Below the pieces are notes generated by a model that saw only the letters and a list, made by a program, of their open reading frames with translations, was not told the DNA's origin and did no database searches. A program made the position numbers and the translations under genes. Positions 21,901 to 32,467 of a stretch of 40,592 nucleotides of DNA are shown here, one piece after another. Each line of letters opens with the position of its first letter. The first letter of the stretch is position 1. The stretch covers positions 62,001 to 102,592 of the forward strand of contig MEDY01000057.1 of NCBI GenBank assembly GCA_001724265.1, given 5' to 3'. This stretch comes from Rhizaria sp. SCN 62-66 (Eukaryota).

Positions 21901-24900
21901 GGGTGTCGCCCCAGCTCGCGGGCTACAACCGCATGCAGTACCTCGAGGCGCTCACACACGGCCGTGGCGTCTGCCCCGCGCTGGCGATGCAGCCCCCCAC
22001 GCGCCGCTGCGTGTTTTCCTCCGACCTCGGCACCACCGAAGAGTTGCTCGCCGCGCTCGGCCACGCTGCGGCGCTGCCCGCGGCTGAAGTGCCTGCGCTG
22101 CGCCAGCGCCACATGCGCGCGCTGCGCCGGCCGCAGGCGCAGCGCTTGTCGGCCCCGACCGTCGCCGGCGGCGTCGAGCTGCTGCGGCTGTACTCGCGCG
22201 CGCTCACGGGCGGCTCGGGTGCACTGCTCCCCACTGATGCGGCTGAGGCCGCGGGCTTTTTGACCGTGTATGCGCTCCTGCAGGGCCACGCGCACGCCTG
22301 GCACGCGGGCACTGCGATCAACTTCGGCGTCGCGACTGCGCTGACGCACCTGTATCTGTCTGCTGGCAAGCCGTCCGCCGCCTCGGCTCTGCTGAAGCTA
22401 TTGCTGCAGCGGCCCGACCTTGCGCATGTTCTGCCCTCTTGGGAGAGCTTTTTGCGCCACCACGGCCACGTCGCGGGCAACGAACACGTGCTTCCTCTCG
22501 GTGGCTTTCTGGCTCAAATCGGCCGCGTGCTCGCCCAGCTCTACCGCGCGGACCCGCGGCTGCTCGCGGCGCCCTTCTCCCCTATGGGTGCCGGCGCGGC
22601 GCGGCGGGCGCGCGCGCTCGCCAAGCTCGTGTCCGCGCGCGCACCGGCCCCCGCGCTGGCGGTGGTGTGGCCCGAGCCTGCGCGCGCGTGGGTGATTCCG
22701 GCGGTGAGCGACCACGGGTGCGCGCGCCGCGTTGTTGTCACGCGACCCCCGTCGCAGCTGAGTCTGGATGATATGCTCGATCTCGCGTCGGCTGACTTGG
22801 AAGACGCGCAGCGCTCGCTCGCGGCCGCTGTCGCGAGTCCCTTTGGCTCCAACTCGATCTCCCACGTGATCATGCGTGTCGTCGGCGACAGCATTGCACA
22901 CGGGCTCGAGCCCTGCCTGGGCGGCCAGCTCGCCTCCGTCGGCACCGACACCTTCCTGGTTAACGACACGCCGGCGACTGCTGCCGCCAATGCAGTGATT
23001 GACGCGCACTCTGGGCTGCCGTTCGACATCTCGCGTCATCCGGGCATGTCGGGGTCTGCGTCGCAAGCGCTGCTGGCGCGCCTCGAAACGGATCTCGCGA
23101 CCGACGCGCGCCAGCGCGCTGCTGAGAACCCTCTGTTCCTGTCCGGCCTCACGCCGACCGCGCTCGCCACTGTCGGGACCGGGACCGGGACCGGGGCGGG
23201 CGCAGACACCGGTGCGGGTGCGCATAGTGACGTGCTGCAGCTTCTCGACATTGTCGCAGCGCGTCTGCGCCGTCTGCGCAAGACTGACCGCCGTCGCTCA
23301 GCGCAGGCGCTGTCGCTGGTGCGCAACATCCTCTCCGCCGTCACCGCATACACGCGCGATGTGAACCCGTTCTCGTTCCTGTTTACGCTTAACGACAGCA
23401 CGGTACGGTGGGCTGCAGGCGTTGAACCGCACAAGAAGGACCGCCAGCGTCAGAAGCTTGTCGCCGCGCTCGCCACGGTGGCCGGCAACGAGCCCGTGCT
23501 GCGCCACGACTTCCTCATCTCCGCGCTGACTTCGACGCGCGCGCTGGGCGACATCCGCCGTCTGCGGCCTTTGATTTCCCCGCACAACATCATGCTCGCG
23601 CTCACCGTCACCGAAGCAATTGCGTTCCGGGGCAGCCGCATAGCCCTCGTCGGGCGCGCTCTCGCCGCGATTTCCGAGACCCGCGCTCTCGTTTTGAGCA
23701 CGCCGTTCGCGTCGCAGTCGTCCGCGGCCGGCGCGGCAGCTTCTGCGACCTTGTCTGTGGAGCAAGCTAAGCGTGCGCTGCTGGCGACCAAGAGCGCCTC
23801 GCTCGCGGGTGTGCTGGCGTCGCGCCGGCACCACAGCGCCGACGTGACTGCCGCGGGCCTGCGCGGCCTTGTCGAGGCCGCACTGCCAGGCCTCTCCGCC
23901 TCGGGCGCCGACGTCGACGCGATGCTCAACGAATACAACAGTGAGATCTCCGGCGAAGGCATCGGCGCGCTGGAGCCGTGCTACATGCGTTGCACGCGCG
24001 ACACCTCCGCCGACGCGGCCCTCGCGCGTGCGCACACCGCCGCTCTCGCGCGCTGGCATCGAGATCACCCGCACGCGCGCCACCGGCAGGACCCGCTGTG
24101 CTCGGTCCGCGACGTGCACGCACTGCAGCGCATCTGGGGCCACGCGTTCTCGCTGCACGAGGTGACGGCCGCGCCCGACGTGCTTGCTGCGCTGGCCGAC
24201 GCGCACCACCCCGCGTTCGGACGCACGCCGCTGTCGCGCGCCGGCATCACGGTCCCCACGATCGGCGGCGGCGGGGACGCGGGCGGCGCAGAGCGCGCCC
24301 GACTCACGCGCGCGCTCGCGGTGCGCCACAGCAGCGCGGGCGGCGAGAAGGCGGCCGCTGGGCTCGGAGGCAACCTGGAGCGCGCTCTCGGCGACGGCAA
24401 GGTGTTTACGTACGATCCTCGCTTTTTGGTGTTTGAGTTTGCTTTCGATCTCTTACTGCGCCCGTCGCAGATCGCTGTTGTCGGCCAGTTCGAAAAGTCT
24501 GTGCGCTCGGGCACCCCGCTCGTGCGTCAGATGATCATGGGTGCCGGTAAGACAACGGTGGTCGGCCCTCTTCTCACTCTGCTGCTGGGCGACAACCAAA
24601 CTCTCGTGCTGCACGTTATGCCGCCCGCGCTGCTCGAGTCTGCGCGCGCCATTCTCCGCCGATGCTTCTCGTCATTCCTGCCTAAGACTGTCCGCACTCT
24701 GCACCTTACGCGCGCCACCGAGGTCACCGAGGCCCACGTCGCGGACTTGCGTCGCTCGCGCGCCCAGCGCGGCGTGGTGGTTGCGAGCCCTAGCACGGTC
24801 AAGTCTGCGATGTTGAAGCTATTTGAGCTGCAACAGGCCGTGCTCGCGCTCTCCGCACACACCGGGTCCGCGAGAACCGCTGCGGCGGCGGTTGACGCGG

Positions 24901-27035
24901 CGCGGCGCACGCGCCAGGTCGCCGCGGTGGCACGCGAGCTATCGGCGCTGACTGCGATGCTGTCGATGTTCCGCAGCTCGACTGTGGTGCTGATGGACGA
25001 GGTCGACATGCTGCTGCATCCGCTCAAGTCAGAACTCAACTTCCCCGTTGGCTCCAAGCTTCCCCTGGACTTCACGCCGCTGCGCTGGCAACTCCCCATG
25101 GCGCTCATCGACGCCGTGCTGCTCGCCGCCGACGCCGCGGGCGCCGCCAGCGCTCCGGTGAGTGGCGCAGACCCTGTGCTCGAAGGGATCGTGCGCGTCG
25201 GCGTGGCCCAGCAGTCACTGCAGCTGTCGCCGCACCTCGTGCTCCTCGACGTGCCGTACTTCTTCACTGCGATCGCTCCCGCACTTGTGGCCGTCGCGGC
25301 CCGCTTTATCGCGGCGCACGCCCCCAGCCTCGCCTCTGGCTCACTCATCGCGACCGTGCGCAAGGTCCTCGTCGTCACCGTCGCCACTGCCGCTGCCGCC
25401 GCGCTCTCCGCGAGCCCCGACGCGGGCATTGACGCCGCTGGATCTATCGGCACCGAGGCGCCGAGTGCGGAGGAAGTTGCGTTTTTGAACGCGCACGGCG
25501 CCGAGGCTGACCTGAAATTGGTGTCGCTGGCGCGCGATTGGCTCACTCGCTACCTCCCGCACGTTCTGCAGCGTATCAACCGCGTTAGCTTTGGGCTGCT
25601 GCCGCGCCACGCCGCTGGGTTTGCGCCCGTTGGCGGCGCGCACGTTGAAGAAGAGGAAACGCGACTGCACCTGGCTGTGCCTTTCGTGGGCAAAGACCAC
25701 CCGTCCGAGTCATCCGAGTTCGCGCACCCGGACATCATCATCGGACTGACGTACTTGGCGTACCGATACGAGGGGCTCCGCACCGGCGACGTCGCTGACG
25801 CCGTGACTGCGCTGCAGCGCGCGGCCGAGCAAGAGGTTGGGCCCGTCGCTGCGCGCCCCACGCAGCGCCTCTACGCCAGCTGGATTGCGGACACCGGTGC
25901 CACCATCGCGGGCGCGCCGGTCGCGTCCACTGCGGTCGCTTCCCCCGTCGACCTCGCGTCGCCCGGTGTGTCTGTAGCTGAGGAGAACGAGGAGTCTGAG
26001 AGTAGCGTCACGGTCGTGCCTCTGCGCATGGTCAAGGTGTCGAACACGGCACACGTGCGGCTGCTGCATGGGCTCTGGTCTCGCTTCGCGCCTGCAGTGC
26101 GCTGGCACCTTGACTCGTTCGTGTTCGCCGAACATGTCCGCTTCCAGGCTCAAAAGCTCTCGGCCTCTGGCGTCGACCTCGGTGGTGACATGCTCTTCCG
26201 CGCTCGCGCCGGTTTCTCCGGCACACCTTCGGACGTGCTGCCTGCCGAGCTGGGCCGCTGCGGCTACGAGCAGGGCACCGACGGGCGCGTGCTCCGGGTC
26301 ATGACCGATCCGCGCCACGTGTCGGCCACGGCCTTTGGCGCCGACTGGTCTGTCACGTCCGTGCTGCGCCACCTGGCCACTGCGCGCGACCCCGCGACGG
26401 GAGCACCCGCGTTCCACGCGCTGATCGACACGGGCGCCCTCATCACCGGGCTGTCGAACCGCCAGGTTGCCGAGGCGCTGCTCGACGCGGGCCTTGCGTG
26501 GGCTGATGGCGTTGTCTTCCTCGATGCCAACGACCGCGCCGTTGTGCTTCTGCGCGCGACCGGCCGTGTCGTCGCCCTCGAGCACTGCGGTCTGCCCGCG
26601 GAGCGCCGTTTTACCTTCTACGACCAGGTCCACACAGTCGGTATCGACATCTCGCAGCAAACAGATGCCGTGGCCGCACTGACTGTGGGCAAGGACATGA
26701 CCTTCCGCGACTATGCGCAGGGCGCTTACCGCATGCGCGGGCTCGGCAACGGCCAGCGCGTCCATGTGCTGCTCACACCTGAGGTCCGCTCGCTTGTCGC
26801 ACGCAGTCTGGGCTCGCATGCGCTGCAGGCGAAGGGTGCGGTCGCTGTCACCGCTCCGAGCAGCAGCGGAGCCGCCCTTGTTGTGGATATTTCGGTCACA
26901 TTGCGCGACCTCTCCGCGTGGCTCGTGCTGCGGACGGCGGAAATGGAGGCGCTGCAGTTCCAGCAGCTGCGCCGGCAAGAGGAGGCGCACGCCGCGCAGC
27001 GCAAACCGGTGTACCTCAACTACATCCACAATAGC

Positions 27036-27084
<49 letters not shown>

Positions 27085-30000
27085 CCGAAACGACTGCATC
27101 GCCTAAAGTGGCGACGATCTCAAAGTCTCTTGGCCGCGGCTCGGGTCGCTCTCTGAACACGCGCGAGCTGCTTGCGCTGCACGCGCGCGCCAAGAAGATT
27201 GCTTCTGAATGGGTTAACGTGAACATCTACTCTGCCGAGTCGTACACACGCGCACAACGCTTTGCCCAGCGCGGGAAGCGTGCGGCGCTTGACTTCCTCA
27301 AAAACTGCACTCGTGCTCTGCATAGGCGCATTCGGTCACTTCGCGCGGCCAAGCGGGTCGAGCTCCGCGCTCTCACTGCTGCTGCCGATGCAGCGGGCTC
27401 GCGCTCCGCCATCGACGCTCTGCTTGCGGACCTGCGGGCCCTGAAAGCTGCCAGTGTGGCAGACCTCATCTCGACGGTGCCGGCGAAGCTCACTGCGACC
27501 GATGTCACGCCGAGTGTCTCGTCGACGAATGATGCTATTGATGCGGCACCGCTGGAGGAAGAAGAGTCCAAGGATGGGTCTGTTACGAGCAACGAATCGA
27601 ACGATCCACTTGTGGCAACGTTCTTCGAGCCCGTCTCCTTTGACATCGCATCGCGAGTTAAGGTTCGCGCCGATGTCGCCGATGTCGACTCAGCCGGTAC
27701 TCATGGCGATGACGACGACGACGCCCACACTCTCACGTCTGAAATGGTCCAGGCCGCTGAGAAGCGCGCCGAAGTGACTGCTGAGGGCGAGGAAGAGGAC
27801 GCTGCTGAGCGCGAAGCTTAGCGCGAGCACGAGAGGCAAGCGCAACACCGCCTGGAGCGTTTCACCGACAGTGGCTACACGCGCGCCTTTGACACCGAGA
27901 CGCCGTGGCAATGCTCGGTGCTCAGCACGGAGCCCAGTGCGTGCGCAACTGCTGCTGCGCTTGTCAACGCAGCTGTTGACCCCGCGCGTCCGTTCTACCC
28001 TGCGAGCGGCATGGTCCTGGTGCAGACCGAGGTTGGCTCCGGTGCGTGCCGCCATACTATGGACCTGCCGTCGTGGCTCCACGTCTCGCACAACTTCTAC
28101 TCGGCCCGCGGCCCCGTTGCGCTCCCGCGCCGCCTCCACAACGTCGTCATCGCGGTCGACTGGGTGCCCTCTGTGGCGCGCTACTGGGCAAGTAAAAATA
28201 GTGGTGCTGCCGAAGCCACCCAGCTTTCGGCCGCAGCTCCTGCGCTGGTCCAGTGTGCGGCGCAGTCTGGCAGCAGTGATGGGACGGAGTTAGAAGCGCA
28301 GATAACTTCTCTATTTGCGCTTGTTGATGCAGACGGCTCTGGCGACCTCAACGTGGCGGAAACGACGCGTCTCCTGACGCTTTGGACGAGCCGTCCCGCA
28401 TCTGAATGCGCGGCTGACGCTGAGCGTGTGATCGAGGCTAACGGCGGCGAGGCACTCTCGCTTGCTGCGGTTCGCGCTCTACTTCTCCCCTCTGGTCAGA
28501 GCGTCGGTCCGGGCATCTTCGCTAGTGAGCCGCACCGCCACACTGTACTCGTGACGCTCCGCGAGGCTGAGTCGCTGCGTTGGTGGATGCACACTGTCGC
28601 AGCACGCAGGGCCGACAGTCCGCGTCTTGCAGTGATTGGTGCAGACACGTTCATCGCGCTGCGGTGCGCCGCGCACGCGAACGCGTTGATAGACTCGCTC
28701 GGTCAGGTGCGGCCCCCTGCCCCAGTCCCCGCTATCGCTCTGGTTTCTGCGCATGGCCGTCCCGTTGCGGCGGCGACTGCAGCCCAGTCCGACATCGTGA
28801 CTCTCCGCTCACCGCACGCACCGTCGCTCGTGCGCGAGTCTCCCTTGCAACGCCTCACGTGGCAATTGCTGCGAGTGTTCAACGGCGAGACGCATGCTCC
28901 TCTCGAGGCTGTCATGCAGCTTGTCACCCTGCTCGACGCTGCTGCGTCACCGAACGCGCGCGTTCAGCCGGCAAGCTTGCGCGCACGGTACCTGTTGGCA
29001 GCACAGCGCTCTCGTCGCCGCCAGCAGCGCACGTTTGACCAGCTTGACCCCGCGCGCGGGCTCCCGCGGCCGCGCGATCCGCTGCCGCTGGCCGCGTTGC
29101 TGTCGCCCGCGGCTGACACGCGCGTGCAGGCCATCAAAGTCGCCGCTCTGGCGCGCCGCCTGCGCGCGCACCTGGCCGGCCCCCGCGCGGCTGCTTTCTT
29201 CGATGCCTGCCTTCGCCTCGACGAATGCTCCGGGACTGCTTCAGCGAGCTCCACCGCAACCGCTGCCAATGACAGCTCCCGCGTCTTCGCGTCCGCCGCC
29301 GCGCTGTTGGCCGGTGCGCGCGCTCTTGTTTCGCCAAAGGTTGCTGCTGCTGACATGCTTGACCTTGTGCGCTCAGCTTTCGCCTCGCAGCGCCGCGCGC
29401 CCACCTTGGGCTCTGCGTCTGCGTCGGCTGCACAAACGCAGCCTCTTGGCGCCGGCGTCGGTGGCGCCATCCCCGTCGTCAACCTTGATCTGCTGCTCGC
29501 CGTCCTCTGGCCCGATCCTGAGGCTGATGATGACACTGACAACGACGCGGTCGTCGCGGACGATGTCACCACGTGGGCAGACATCTTCTGCGCTGATATG
29601 ACCGCAGCGCGCGCCGCTTTTGAGACGCTTGAACTTGAAGTTTGCGCTGCTTCTGACTCATGGGAGCAGCTTCAGAGCGCCCGTGATGCAGCATGCCGCA
29701 AGGATGTCGTCATTTTCGACGCTCTTGTTGCGGATGCAGCGACGAATGTGGCTTCAGGGGCTTCAGTGCAAGAAAATAGTGTCAACAAGGCTGAGTCCGA
29801 AGTGGTTACTGCTCCTACGTCTGCCGAGCAAAGTAGTTCGGACTCTGTCGTAGCTGACGCGAACGCCGCTACTGGCTCGGCCGCATTAGCTCCGAAGAGG
29901 CACAGTCTGCCTGTCAGTGAAGACGGTGTTACCATGACTGTCAACCAACGCACAGGCGAAGTCGCTGTTGAGATTGACTTTTCGCGTGGTCTCCCGCGTT

Positions 30001-32189
30001 GTGTGGTGCCCATCGGTGCGAATCTCGCTGCCCCTGACGTTGAGTGGGTGGGTCCTACCGCGCCGGGCAATGAGGGCCGCGCGGGATACGTCCGCTGTGG
30101 CAAGTTCGGCGGGCTGCGTATCGCAATTCCTGCAATGCCCCCTGTGTTAGCGCGTAAAATCGTGCGTGTTAAGAATCGCCCCCGTCTTTCGATTGAATTC
30201 TCATCAAGCAAAAGGGATTACTACCACAACTCCCCGCCTTCGAGTGACAACGAAGATGATGGCGCGGCCAGCCCTCTTGTTGTTCAATCCCTGTCCAGCA
30301 TCTCATTCACCTCTCCGTTCCTGACCGCACAGTGGGACGGCTCCGGACCTAACACACGGGGTGTGGGCGCAGCTTCGGCGGGTGTTGATGTGGAAGATGG
30401 TGATGCACCTTGGCGCGGCATGACTGCGCGTGAAGCTGCCGTTGCGCGCGGACTGTGCAGCAAGAGCATTGCGTCAGAGCGCTCGAGTGCGCAACTCACC
30501 GTTGACTTCCGCGTCGTGCGGCGACTGCGAGCAATGCAGTTGCTCGAGCGCAATGGCAGCGACGATGACAACGACGGTGACAATGAAGCTGGTGATTCTG
30601 ACTTTGAGGACGACAACAGCGCTGTCAGCGAGATTATCACAGCGCGTGAAGCAGAGATCACGGACATTGTGAACAACGTGTCTGAAGATAGTGAACACGT
30701 TTGCAATGAAGTGCTCGCTTGGCGCAAGGAGATGGCTTTGCAGCCTTTGCTGACGCTTCTTGCCGGCTCCCAGTCGCTGGCTGATGCTGCAGGGAACAAG
30801 ATGGTGTACGCCAGCGGCAACTTTTTCGGCCTCTCCCGCGACGGCTTCGTCTCCCCGGGTGTCTCCAACCTGAGCAGCTTCTACAAAGACTTCATGGAGC
30901 GTCAGGCGAGTACCGTGACTAACGCATGTGGTGGTGCAGAGTCGGATGTGGGCAAGGCGCTCAAGCAGATGATCGGCAAGAAAACGGCGTTCTTGCCTCT
31001 GCCGTACCTCAACGCATTGGTCCCGTCGTCAGCGGCGCCGAAGAACGACGCAGAGCTCGGTTTGCCCCTGGCAGTCGCAATGGGCAACAGCGCGCTTGCG
31101 GCCCATCTGTGCCGTGGCGGCTACTCGCCCGCTGTAGCACGTGGACGCTTGGCAGAGCTGTGTGCGCGCGCGCAGAGACTTGGTCTGCCGGCGCCGCTGT
31201 CGAGCCCGGAAGACTTTTGGACGCCAGCCTTTTTACACTTGTTTGGCCGCGAATATCGGTCGTATAGTTCGGCCGTCGGTAGCTTCCTCAACGGGTTCAA
31301 CTTCCGGTGTTACACCTCAAGCAAGGATTTGGATCCGTGCAAGAACCTGGTTGAGGCTACGGGGCCCTACTTGGACCGTCCGGGCGTACTGCACAACGCC
31401 GCTGATGTCGGTGCTGAGGCGGCGGAGACTGCGCGCGCGGCGGGCAAAGACAACGATCTCACTTCCCCGACACTCCACTTCAACACTGAGGGCTGCTTTG
31501 ACCTGGGTTGGAGTCCCGCGCTGGGCTACGCGGTGGACGCAAAGGGGCTTGCACGGTGCTACGGAAAGATGCGCCCGCGTTTCGGCGAGCTTCACGTGCG
31601 CCGTGTGCGCTTTGTCGTGACTAATTCTCACAGTGGAGATCGTGAAGATGTTAAAGATGCCTTTGAGCCGCTGTACTGTGGCGGTGCCTCTTTGCCTGGT
31701 GTTACCCACACTGATTCACGTGACGCCACGCTCCCTTGCTTTAGCAACAATGAAGCCCATCGTGTGCCTGTATCTGAGACCGTGCCCGACGCGGGGGTGC
31801 TCAAGGCTGCGGGTGCACTGGACACCACGCTGCGTGTGATGGGGCTTTCGCGTGAGCATGTCAAGTGGTCTTGCGCTGTTTGCAACCACGCCAACACACG
31901 TCACCAGCCCAAGATGAGCGGTCGCACCGTGCGTGCGTCTCTCGCACAGTTGGTGCAGAGCGTCGCCAGTGGTGCCCCCCTCTCTGACGGACTGGCGCTG
32001 GGGCGCGACATGAAGACCGGCATTGCGTCGCACGCCAACGTCCTCTTCAACACTCTTCTGACGCACCCCGAAGCGGGTGCGGGATCTGCTACGCAATGGT
32101 CTGAGCGCGAACCGTTTTGTGGGATGTGCGGCGTCTCTTATAGCGAGACTCTGCGTTACGCGCACGCCTTTAACAACAAAACGCAATAA
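12948..32189 (+). CDS. Giant DUF3638/DUF3645-containing SF2-helicase-like NTPase (gene B, 6413 aa) with EF-hand and C-terminal split Cys4 zinc finger; 1 in-frame TAG
   Basis: ORFs 12948..27821 and 27918..32189 share one frame; the only interruption is TAG 27819-27821 (AAEREA*REHERQAQHRLERFTDSGYTRAFDTETPWQC). Similarity to gene A continues across it (EMV..acidic stretch..PW, then RRLHNVVIAVDW vs HRLHNVNIVAEW, and VTLREAESLR vs LTLAEAAGLR). Motifs: QMIMGAGKTTVVGPL (~24528), DEVDMLLHP (~24996), AVPFVGKDHPSESSEFAHPDI (~25675), GFSGT (~26211), QGAYRMRG (~26718). Ends at TAA. The start at 12948 is assumed; an upstream exon is not excluded. Confidence 0.87.
27039..27083 (+). repeat. (GCT)15 perfect trinucleotide microsatellite encoding poly-Ala
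   Basis: 45 nt of uninterrupted GCT, in frame in gene B. Confidence 0.95.
28326..28361 (+). other. Canonical EF-hand Ca2+-binding loop in gene B
   Basis: LFALV-DADGSGDLNVAE-TTRLL fits D-x-D-x-S-G-x-L-x-x-x-E with flanking helices. Confidence 0.75.
31866..32129 (+). other. RanBP2/NZF-like zinc finger split by a long insertion
   Basis: WSCAVCNHAN, then 74 aa, then CGMCG; the family consensus is W-x-C-x2-C-x3-N-x6-C-x2-C. Confidence 0.5.
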
Positions 32190-32467
32190 TTATTTTCCGT
32201 GATATATATCTGACCAATGTCTGCTAGAACAGTCTTCTCAGAATTCTAATTTATTTTTAAACGTTCCACCTGTGACTCTTGTGCTGCAACCTGCAACAAT
32301 ACATAATTCGTGGGCGGTTTTTTTCAAAATTTGTTGTTTGAGCATCGATAGATGTAGGAAATGTACGATGGATACTTTTTGTTCGAACATATGATTTTGT
32401 GTATTGTGTATTGTACACCTCGTTGTAAGCGGAGAGCAGTCTGAGGTTGCTGTTGATTAAGTTATTA

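Noticed and set aside
27774-27821. TAGs as 3' splice sites of small in-frame introns
   Set aside because: This candidate is purine/GC-rich, with no polypyrimidine tract or good donor, unlike the cofilin intron. At 33308 the paralogue alignment is collinear on both sides of the TAG. Not formally excluded without RNA data.
35-32186. Numerous overlapping antisense and alternate-frame ORFs (e.g. 14397..15977, 15365..16702, 25710..27029)
   Set aside because: Shadow ORFs expected from very high GC and codon bias; Arg/Ala-rich translations with no recognisable motifs.
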